Below, one piece after another: positions 33,369-43,552 of a DNA stretch of 64,000 nucleotides. This stretch comes from Macrostomum lignano (Eukaryota). The stretch lies in the NCBI GenBank assembly GCA_002269645.1, contig NIVC01000551.1, forward strand, positions 186,001 through 250,000, read 5' to 3'. A model generated the notes under the pieces. The model was not told the DNA's origin. It saw nothing but the letters and a program-made list of their open reading frames with translations, and ran no database searches. The position numbers and the translations under genes are program-made. Numbering within the stretch: the first letter of the stretch is position 1; each line of letters opens with the position of its first letter.

Positions 33369-34769
33369 TCACCCCCACCGGCCCCCCCCAGCAGAGCCCT
33401 CAGGCTCCGATGACAGGATGGAGGAAGCTTCCTCACCTGCATCTTTACCTTCAGACCCCACCAGGGTGGCCGAGGAGAGCTCGGATTCCGAAGACCCGGC
33501 CTCGTCCTCAACTCCTTCTCCGACTAGCAGGTTTGGTTCCCGGGGCTTGGCCGGAGCCGTTACCGCGGTCGCCGAACTGCTGCTAGCAGAGGGGCGAGAT
33601 GCAGCTTTGGCTTTGGGATCGGCTTGCGCCTTTCCTTGGGCCTTAGACTGCGCCCCGCTCTTGCCGGAGATGCCGGGGTTGGCAGTAGCCTTCCCTTTGG
33701 CAGACTTTCCTCGGCGCATCTTGAGCTTGAGGGCACCCAGCTGGAAAGAGGATCCATTAGGGTACCGACTCGCCCAAGTGCTGGAAAGGCCGAGGACAAT
33801 TGAGTTGCCCGTCTCCCCCCTGCGGACTTGGCGGTGATACACCAGTCCACTAGCAGGGAAGTCGGGATTCAGACGCAGTAGGACCCGGCGGATAACGTCT
33901 GGTCCAGCTGCGGTGCTCTTAGCAGGGACGAAAACCACATAGGGTATCGTCTTTGGACGCTGGCCCTCGCGAAGAAAAAGAGCTCCGCCAAGGTCAGCAT
34001 CCAAGGAGACCGTCGGTAGCCGCTGGAGCAGCTGCCGAGCGTCCTCCTCGCTGCTAGGAGCAATAAGAACGAATGTGCTTCGCAGCACCATCCGCTCAAT
34101 GCCGATGGAGATTCCCTCCTCGACAGTCAGCTCAATCAGATAGGAGTCAACAGCACTCCACACTTTTTGAAGCTGATCAGTGGTCCAGTCCTGGTCGCGA
34201 CCTTGGATGATCACTCCCGGGATTTTGGCCTTGGCCTTCGCCGCAAAGGTAGCTCCCGAAGGAACCTCCTTGTTGGCAGTGGCCATTTGTTGCGCCGTGG
34301 TTTCGGCCTCAGCAGCCGCGGCAGCATCTCCAGGGAGCGCCGCCGCTGAACTACTGGAGCTTCCAGCGGCCGGCCCGTCTGGTTGCCTTGGGACGCCAGT
34401 CGCTTCAGCGTCCATGGTGGACGCCGCCGCTTTGGCCCCCGCAGCTCCCTGCTTGGCCTGCCTTTTGGCGCGTTGTTTAGCGCGTTTGCGCTCAAGCCGA
34501 GCCCGCTGAGCTTCATCAGATCTGCCAGATTTGGCCGGTCCTTTAGGCTCAGAGCTCGCGGTTCCCTTAGATCCACCAGCGGAGCTGGCAGGTCTTTGGG
34601 TATTATGAGTTTGGTAGCTCTGGTCGGATCTGCCAGCAGAGCCAGCCGGTCCTTCCTTTGCCACAGTTGAATCAGTCGGTTGGGATCTGCCAGCAGGGCC
34701 GGCTGGTCCTTCGGACTGAGGTTAGGGTTTAGAAGGGTCCCCGTCCCTAGAAAAAGCTTGGTTATCCAT
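33369..34769 (-). CDS. LINE ORF1 (gag-like, DUF4780-like core, no obvious CCHC); in-frame TAA at 34724-34722
   Basis: ATG at 34769 (and 34787) is in frame with the 431-aa ORF but interrupted at codon 16. Basic Ala-rich N-terminus and core RRVLLRLNPDF..GNSIVLGL. Confidence 0.8.
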
Positions 34770-35293
34770 AATCGGCTCGAAGGCCATGATAAAAGGTTAG
34801 TGGGCTACCCTCAAAGGGGCGCGGTACCCACCCGGCCGCTCCACCTGACCTGGCAGTAGGCCAATAGAACCCTCAAGGCTGGCCCGACACCAGGAGGGGG
34901 ACCGCTTGCGACCGGACTACTCCCCGGCCTTCCAGCCCATCGGCACGGTCAACACCTTAGGCATTAGAGAGTACGTTGAGCAGTACCACGGCCTGCAGGT
35001 TGGCGAGCCAGACCCGCATACCCAAATTCGGCCGAAGCCACTGGATAGGGTCGCCAGCGCCGGAGCCCAGTCTGTCCAGCAGCCCTAGGGTCTGCTTTGA
35101 ACACACGCGGGGACGAGTACCCTGGGTCGACTTGCGAGACAGCGTGGGGGGGGGGTCTGCGGCTGCCAGAGGCAAATAGAGGGTGCAGACCTCCCACCAG
35201 CCTTGACCTGCTGAAGATAGGGGCAGGCGTGAAGCATCGCAGACCGTAGCCCATAGGCCTAGTCTGTCTCATACTTCACTGGCGTGCTGAATA

Positions 35294-37770
35294 CACCACT
35301 ATCACACTCATTTGGGCGCCACTATCACACTCATTTTCGTCTCACTGTAACACTCATTTTGGCACCACAATCACACTCAGTTTGGCACCACTATCACACT
35401 CATTTTGGCGTCACTATCACACTCATTTTGGCACCACTATCATACTCATTTTGGCACCACTATCACACTCATTTTGGTCTCACTGTAACACTCATTTTGG
35501 CACCACTATCACACTCATTTTGGCACCACTATCACACTCATTTTGGCGTCACTATCACCCTCATTTTGGCACCACTATCACACTCAGTTTGGCACCACTA
35601 TCACACTCATTTTGGCACCACTATCACACTCATTTTGGCACCACTATCACACTCATTTTGGCGTCACTATCACACTCATTTTGGCGCCACTATCACACTC
35701 ATTTTGGCGCCACTATCACACTCATTTTGGCACCACTATCACACTCCTTTTTTGTCTCACTGTAACACTCATTTTGGCACCACAATCACACTCATTTTGG
35801 CGCCACTATCACACTCAGTTTGGCACCACTATCACACTCAGTTTGGCAGCACTATCACACTCATTTTGGCACCACAATCACACTCATTTTGGCGCCACTA
35901 TCACACTCATTTTGGCACCACTATCACACTCAGTTTGGCACCACTATCACACTCATTTTGGCACCACTATCACACTCATTTTGGCACCACTATCACACTC
36001 ATTTTGGCGCCACTATCACACTCATTTTGGCACCACTATCACCCTCATTTTGGCGTCACTATCACACTCATTTTGGCACCACTATCACACTCATTTTGGC
36101 GTCACTATCACACTCATTTTGGCACCACTATCACACTCAGTTTGGCACCACTATCACACTCATTTTGGCACCACTATCACACTCAGTTTGGCACCACTAT
36201 CACACTCATTTTGGCACCACTATCACACTCATTTTGGCGTCACTATCACCCTCATTTTGGCACCACTATCGCACTCAGTTTGGCACCACTATCACACTCA
36301 TTTTGGCGTCACTATCACACTCATTTTGGCGCCACTATCACACTCATTTTGGCGCCACTATCACACTCATTTTGGCACCACTATCACACTCCTTTTTTGT
36401 CTCACTGTAACACTCATTTTGGTCTCACTGTAACACTCATTTTGGCACCACTATCACACTCATTTTGGCACCACTATCACACTCATTTTGGCACCACTAT
36501 CACACTCATTTTGGCACCACTATCACACTCATTTTGGCACCACTATTACACTCATTTTGGCACCACTATCACACTCATTTTGGCGTCACTATCACACTCA
36601 TTTTGGAACCACTATCACACTCATTTTGGCACCACTATCACACTCATTTTGGCACCACTATCACACTCATTTTGGCGTCACTATCACACTCATTTTGGCG
36701 CCACTATCACACTCATTTTGGCGCCACTATCACACTCATTTTGGCACCACTATCACACTCCTTTTTTGTCTCACTGTAACACACATTTTGGCACCACAAT
36801 CACACTCATTTTGGCGCCACTATCACACTCATTTTGGCACCACTATCACACTCAGTTTGGCACCACTATCACACTCATTTTGGCACCACTATCACACTCA
36901 GTTTGGCAGCACTATCACACTCATTTTGGCACCACTATCACACTCATTTTGGCACCACTATCACACTCAGTTTGGCACCACTATCACACTCATTTTGGCA
37001 CCACTATCACACTCATTTTGGCGTCACTATCACACTCAGTTTGGCACCACTATCACACTCATTTTGGCACCACTATCACACTCAGTTTGGCACCACTATC
37101 ACACTCATTTTGGCGTCACTATCACACTCATTTTGGCACCACTATCACACTCAGTTTGGCACCACTATCACACTCATTTTGGCGTCACTATCACACTCAT
37201 TTTGGCACTACTATCACACTGATTTTGGCACCACTATCACACTCATTTTGGCACCACTATCACACTCATTTTGGCATCACTATGACACTCATTTTGGCAC
37301 CACTATCACACTCATTTTGGCGTCACTATCACACTCATTTTGGCACCACTATCACACTCATTTTGGCACCACAATCACACTCATTTTGGCATCACTATGA
37401 CACTCATTTTGGCACCACTATCACACTCATTTTGGCGTCACTATCACACTCATTTTGGCACCACTATCACACTCATTTTGGCGTCACTATCACACTCAGT
37501 TTGGCACCACTATCACACTCATTTTGGCACCACTATCACACTCAGTTTGGCACCACTATCACACTCATTTTGGCGTCACTATCACCCTCATTTTGGCACT
37601 ACTATCACACTCATTTTGGCGCCACTATCACACTCATTTTGGCACCACTATCACACTCATTTTGGCACCACAATCACACTCATTTTGGCACCACTATCAC
37701 ACTCATTTTGGCACCACTATCACACTCATTTTGGCACCACTATCACACTCATTTTGGCATCACTATGACA
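35294..37770. repeat. 23-bp satellite, right part (about 107 copies)
   Basis: Direct inspection. It explains the 833-aa and related spurious ORFs. Confidence 0.98.
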
Positions 37771-38211
37771 AGAGCTAAAATGTAGCTGTGCATAGCTGGC
37801 TTCATCAGATAATATTATCTTTTAAATTTATTTTTAGTAGTTTTAGTTTGTCCCCCAGATTAAATTAAGTATTAAACTCGTGGTCTCATCTCTCATCAGG
37901 CCGATTCAAATTATCTTTAGTAGCTCGTATTTCCGTGGGTCAAAGATTGTTGAAATCAGTTTTAAAATCAATTTCAACAGCAAATTAATGTGGGCAATAT
38001 TTGAACCTAGGAGCTTACTTTAAGGTAATGAGAACCTGCCTTAACCAGCCCAGCTAATGCTAAATTGAGTACATCATCTTTCTACGTCTAGACTTTGTGC
38101 ATCCAGAAACTTATTGAAACCTCCTCGTACATTTGCCACTTGGAAAAATTCTGCTTTTCGATCTTGTAAGCTTCGAATCTGATAGCCACAAACAAATTCT
38201 ACTGCAGAGCG

Positions 38212-38982
38212 ATGAAAAGCTTGATGGACGAACAAGGACCAAGCCTTCATTTCCAACCCATTGTGACACGACCGTCAAAGTCACCAGAGTCGCCTTCAAA
38301 ATCATCAGCAACTACTGCACATCTGAAGTCACACTTGGATGAATGTCCAATTCCTGAGATCATGGTTTCTACGAAATTTAGGAAACTTGCGAAACCTACT
38401 GGCAGTATTTACGGCTTCAAGAATGCAGCTACGAATATGGTTGAAAAAGTTGCAGCCAACCCCCTATTCGACAAGAACACGGTGCTCACAGACTTAACGT
38501 ACTCTCTATGCTGCATTCCCAACCTGCCAGTTAGACTGACCAGTTACCACAGCGTCAGAGGCATTTACGCTCGGTACTTGATGCCAGATGAGGCAGAGAG
38601 GAAGACCACTGATTTGGAAGAGAAGAAACAGTCAGTTAGGCAGATGCTGCCTGCAAATCTGCGTGAAGTTTTCACGGAAGAAGAATTCCGTGAAGATGAA
38701 AAGCTGTGTGTAACTGAGCTGGCAATCAGCATTGCAGACGGCGAGTGGGCGTTTGACGAAGAGGAAGCGAAAAGCTTGCTTCAGAACTCAGCTGAAATCG
38801 TTCGCAGTCACCTGCAAGCCCTGAAACTGAGTACCGATCAGCCTCGGGACCGCTGCCCAGTGGCGGAGGCCTGGTTCTGCCTCATGGTGACCGTGTGGAG
38901 CCGCCTCAGGACTGTCGTGACCGAGCCTGAGGACGAGGCTGAGAAGTTCAAAGCATGTATGGGCAACAGGACTGTGAGTTGA
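38212..38982 (+). CDS. Uncharacterised intronless ORF, 256 aa, paralogous to the C-terminal part of 39822..41729
   Basis: Non-repetitive, protein-like ORF. C-terminal LAISIADG..LLQNSAEIVRSHLQALKLS..VAEAWF aligns with the neighbouring ORF. Confidence 0.7.
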   Translation: MKSLMDEQGPSLHFQPIVTRPSKSPESPSKSSATTAHLKSHLDECPIPEIMVSTKFRKLAKPTGSIYGFKNAATNMVEKVAANPLFDKNTVLTDLTYSLCCIPNLPVRLTSYHSVRGIYARYLMPDEAERKTTDLEEKKQSVRQMLPANLREVFTEEEFREDEKLCVTELAISIADGEWAFDEEEAKSLLQNSAEIVRSHLQALKLSTDQPRDRCPVAEAWFCLMVTVWSRLRTVVTEPEDEAEKFKACMGNRTVS

Positions 38983-39821
38983 GCCTTTTGGCTTGTTCGG
39001 CACGCTCTGGAATCTGAACTCGATCGTATTTGAATGTGTGAGGACCAAGTTTTTGTCTCCCAGATATTTTATAATATTAATTCATACGAATAACATGTAG
39101 AACTTATAAAACATTTACGTGATATATACTCGTAGATACGAGTACACGTATACCGCAGTACTTTGCGCCACCCGTTCAAAATTTTGTTATTTCCGTTCAT
39201 TCCAGTATATTTTTTTCTGCAAATTATGATAGATGATTCTGTTTTTCAAGTTGTGGCAAGGGCCTAAAATATTTTGACGAATAAAATTATTGTTCTTTAT
39301 TTTTCTTGAACCTTGTATAGTCATTAAAGTTTGAAGCTACTTGTTTACATAAATTTTTTAAGTTAAGTACAATTTTTTATTACCAAGACCACTTTTTCTA
39401 CATATTTTTAATGAGTATTTCGGTCGCTAAAGCTGTCAAATCCATATTTTTTGGCTTTTTATTAACAAAAACTTTTTCGAATAAAAAACTCGGTACTTAA
39501 GCGCCACTTTGCTGTGCCTCTCTTGCTACATTCTTTTCTCAATTTATGATAGTGATCGCACACCAAAATCAATGCATTGTGATGTATTTCAAAAACTTAT
39601 AAAATGCATTTTATATGATTTAGTTTTATTGCTAGCTATAGAAGCAAAAACATTTATTAGAACAACAAAAATTGATATTTTAGCAGAACAATAGCTTTTA
39701 GTTTCCTGAGAATTTGAACCCAAATTAAATCGCATCAATTAATTCAGCTAGCTGTGGTTTAATTTTGAATTAACGTGACTGTTCCTAACTCTCAGTTCCA
39801 GCAGCAGCAGAAAAAAAACAA

Positions 39822-41729
39822 ATGCAAGAGCAGCCACAACAAAAACCGAATGCAGTTTTGCACATTGTCGTAAAGGGCGGTGAGCGAGCATCGAGAATTC
39901 ATCTCAACATTTGCGATTCCACGGAGACTAAGCCGCACGAACTGAAACAAAAGACACTTGAAACAGGTGAGCAAATATGGTACTCAAAACTGGATACTGA
40001 CGGCGATAGAAGATTGGAAAATATAAAAGTGACGGAACATGGCGAAATCAAGACAGCCGACACCAAAAACATTCTGCACTTCGGACTGAGTGCTACCATG
40101 GAACAGGAAGTACTCGACTATAAGATAGAGTTTGGCGAAGGGACCCGGTTTGTGCCTCACTTTGTCAAGGACAAACAGGTGGAGTTTGTTATTTACTGTG
40201 ACCTGACAAATAGCAATTTCCGAGTCATTCCGATGGCACCGATCTGCCTTATCTTCGAATTTCAAACGGAGTTGGAAAATTTTAACACTAATTTTCAGCT
40301 TGAAATTGAACATAATAGCCATAAGCAGTTTGAGAAGTCTCGTAAACTTTGCACAAAGTGCATGCAATGCGATGCTGCAAAGCAAGATCACGGAGACGCA
40401 CAGGTCTGGACGCTGACGATCGATGATCTGCAAATGGCCAATTATAACAACTTCATGAGACTGCCTACCAAAGAGCCTCTGAGAGTTAGAGTTGTGAAAG
40501 CTCAAGCTCAAGAGCCTATGGTACCTTTCACAGAGTTTTGCGACATCAATCTGCCTGTCGATTATGCAAATCCAACGCAAACGTATCTAATCAAACTGGA
40601 CCCTCAAGCTCAGCCCAGAGTGTACGCAGTCACTCACATTGAGCTGCATTTTGAATGCGAGCTTCGGGATGTCGAATTCTTCGAGTTTCGGGGAAACTGC
40701 GGTGAGTTCGGCTTATGGGAAAAGCCTCTTAAATTTGAGATCGAAAACGAACGCAAAAAGCCGCTATGGGTGGCTGCGGCAGTTGTGGAAGTTGAGGGAT
40801 CAAAGCTTTTCAAGACGTTTGATCTGAAAGACTTTCGATTTGAAGTGCTGCTTCATTTCAAAAAGCAACAAGAGGCGCCTTGGCCAAAAACATGTACAAT
40901 TTCACGCCTCCAAGTTCCACTGGAGCCGTTCTCCGTATTTATAATTGAAATATGTAATCTAAAAAAAAGAAATTTTGTTTCGCTTCAACCCAGGCTCTCA
41001 ATCGAACCAGTAGTCAATGAAGTCATTCGCAGGTTGCGCGAGATTTCAGGTAGTCGTATGAGCACGAAAGGCTTAACAATTCTTGCTCCTAAGTTACGCA
41101 GACTTGGCCAAATCTACAGTGAGGACGATGATCCGCAGAGAACGCACGATATCTGGGGCGAAGACCTTCCAATGGAGACACGTGATGATCTTGAGCCAGA
41201 AGCAAAGAGCGGATTGACCTATCTGCAGCTGAGGCAGACTCGGCATCAACATAAGAGCCTCTGTGGAAGACGAATCGTTTTGAAGAGGCTTAACAAACAG
41301 TATCACCGCTATCAGGACGAAGCTGTTAGACTTATCTTTAAAGACTGGAACGACAAAAAATTTATCAAGACAAGAAAAGATGCGCTTGAAAAAATTTGCA
41401 CAGGTGACGCATTTGATGGCGAATACAAAAACATTTTGCAGACTCTTGCCACAGAAATTTCCGAAGGCCGCTGCAGTGGCGAAGACCACTCGCTGCTGCT
41501 GCAGCTGGCCGCTGCCATTGTTCGCGGCAGAACTGAGGCTCTGATTCTGAGTCCCAGGGCTCAGACATGGCAGCAAACTAATTGGGAACGGCACATGGTC
41601 GCTGCGGAGTCCTGGTTTCGAGTCGTCTTGGCGCTCTGGAAGACTCAACACGATGACAGAGCAGACTTTTGTGAAGCAATCCGGAGAGCCGGTGGAAGTC
41701 CCGCCTTTTACACTTGGCGCGATAATTGA
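39822..41729 (+). CDS. Uncharacterised intronless protein, 635 aa; beta-rich N-terminal domains (one CBM20-like) and a helical C-terminal domain
   Basis: 1.9-kb open frame without repeats. FEFRGNCGEFGLWEKPL..PLWV resembles the CBM20 G..ELG.W..W pattern. Confidence 0.85.
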   Translation: MQEQPQQKPNAVLHIVVKGGERASRIHLNICDSTETKPHELKQKTLETGEQIWYSKLDTDGDRRLENIKVTEHGEIKTADTKNILHFGLSATMEQEVLDYKIEFGEGTRFVPHFVKDKQVEFVIYCDLTNSNFRVIPMAPICLIFEFQTELENFNTNFQLEIEHNSHKQFEKSRKLCTKCMQCDAAKQDHGDAQVWTLTIDDLQMANYNNFMRLPTKEPLRVRVVKAQAQEPMVPFTEFCDINLPVDYANPTQTYLIKLDPQAQPRVYAVTHIELHFECELRDVEFFEFRGNCGEFGLWEKPLKFEIENERKKPLWVAAAVVEVEGSKLFKTFDLKDFRFEVLLHFKKQQEAPWPKTCTISRLQVPLEPFSVFIIEICNLKKRNFVSLQPRLSIEPVVNEVIRRLREISGSRMSTKGLTILAPKLRRLGQIYSEDDDPQRTHDIWGEDLPMETRDDLEPEAKSGLTYLQLRQTRHQHKSLCGRRIVLKRLNKQYHRYQDEAVRLIFKDWNDKKFIKTRKDALEKICTGDAFDGEYKNILQTLATEISEGRCSGEDHSLLLQLAAAIVRGRTEALILSPRAQTWQQTNWERHMVAAESWFRVVLALWKTQHDDRADFCEAIRRAGGSPAFYTWRDN

Positions 41730-43367
41730 ATGTAATTTTCGAATGATACTCGATTTGATTTACTGATTGCATGCAGTAGCTATATGGACTTTAGCTATTT
41801 TCACTTTCTATCGCTAACCTAAAATTTATATCGAGAAACCATAACTGTAAAATTTAAGTTTTATGTGAAAAAACTGTGTCAGCTCCGGATGTGACTTACA
41901 TTCACGTAAATGTAATCTGCCCCTTTGCCATTGTACGACCAAGGACCATGTAGCAGCATATCAGGACACTATGAGAATAATTTGTTCCTACCTTCGGAGG
42001 TAGGAAAATTTTTTTACCTCAAAATCAATCAAGGAACAAAATAAAAGTTTAGCTAATGACACCTGTACCCGAGTATTGACAACTTGGGCTTATAAAATAA
42101 AAAGCAATAAGAAAAATGAAACTTTCAGGGCACAACAATACGAGTATAAAATACAGCAGAGCAAAATGCTGGGCATACTAAATTAAAAGAATGGCAATCT
42201 TCTCTAACCCAGATGCCGAGATGCAAAATGCAATCATCAATTTTGTGATGAAAAATAATTATTTTGCTTTCCTATCTCAGATCTATAGCGCATTTTTTAT
42301 TAGCATGCAATCTTTGATCTGAGTGTAGCGTCCTGATATACCGCTAGTGGTCCTTGTGCACAACCTATTATACGTTTTACACTGTAGACTCTCAAAGTGT
42401 GTAATTATTTTTCCTATAGCTGTTAGCAATACGGTAATTTGGTAGAGTTTGCTGTTTACAATATCTATGCAACACAAAGTTACCAATATTTCTGAAATAT
42501 CTTTGCCAAAGCAAAGCTGATCTGTCGTTGAGCATGAACTGTTGTATGTGCCTATAACTGTAGGTATCATTAATTAGAAATTCTGTCTTTAAATTCTGCC
42601 TACTTAAAATATACTACACATACTACTAATAGACACCATCTAGCCGGTTATATTCGAGTCAGTCACTGAAGTTCGCTTAAGGGATTCTTTGGCCGCTGCC
42701 GCAATGCAAACCGACAGTCAACCCGGCAGCCAGCAGTCATGCCAGCTCTGGTGACTCCTGAGCACGCAGACGCTCACGCAGGGTGTACATCGGGCCTGAC
42801 TGTCTCGCTGTCAGGCAGGGTGCACATCTTGCGTGCTGGCCTCCACTGTCACACGTTAGAGAACGAGAGAGAGAACACGTTAGAGAGTCACCTACTCATG
42901 GATTTCTCACTCCAACATTTAGTCACCTTAATATATTAGTATAAAATATTTGTGAGCAGCAAATTCCATCAATCAGAAACTGAGCAATGATAAAAAACTG
43001 CTTGAAAATATTATTGATATATTGTATTTTTACCTTAGCAGCAGGACAATGGCTAATCAGTATGAATGCGGCTGGCACAGCGTGGCACAATGGCACTACT
43101 GGCTGCTCAGCCGTCTTGCATGCATTTTAAAGTATATAGCAGATGAGCACTTCTTAATGAGTATGATGAGAGTTGAGCTCTAATCAACATTTTTGTAACA
43201 AAGTTCAGTACAGATCATAAACCATGCGGCATCTTCAACAAACCCTAGCAACAGGACTGTTTACATTGTATTCGACACTGTTGAATGCACCGAGACAGTT
43301 CAATAAGAAAGCAGAAATATTGTATATTGAGACTGGGGTGAAGGAGTCAGGACATGAAGGAGACAAG

Positions 43368-43525
43368 AGATGGAGTCTGGAGATGCAGGAGTCTGGAGAT
43401 GCAAGAGTTTGGAGATGCAGGAGTCTGGAGATGCAGGAGTCTGGAGATGCAGGAGTCTGGAGATGCAGGAGTCTGGAGATGCAGGAGTCTGGAGATGCAG
43501 GAGTCTGGAGATGCAGGAGTCTGGC
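43368..43525. repeat. 16-bp tandem repeat (CTGGAGATGCAGGAGT), about 10 copies
   Basis: Direct inspection. It lies just 3' of the BTAF1 fragment stop codon. Confidence 0.93.
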
Positions 43526-43552
43526 AGCTGAAGAGCTCAAAGCCGTGGAGCA

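Larger units (their letters stand above)
29413..35293 (-). mobile_element. Near full-length 5.9-kb non-LTR retrotransposon, LOA/R1-like (ORF1; APE-RT-RNase H-CCHC ORF2), inserted in the 23-bp satellite
   Basis: 4-bp TSD CACC (29409-29412 and 35294-35297). 3' tail TAAGTCAAGTAAGTCAA. Two ORFs and a 5' UTR of about 500 bp. Clade assignment is by recalled motif resemblance. Confidence 0.93.

Noticed and set aside
35284-37785. 833-aa His/Thr-rich ORF and overlapping ORFs
   Set aside because: Translation of a 23-bp satellite that happens to lack stop codons. All three frames cycle through the same peptide.
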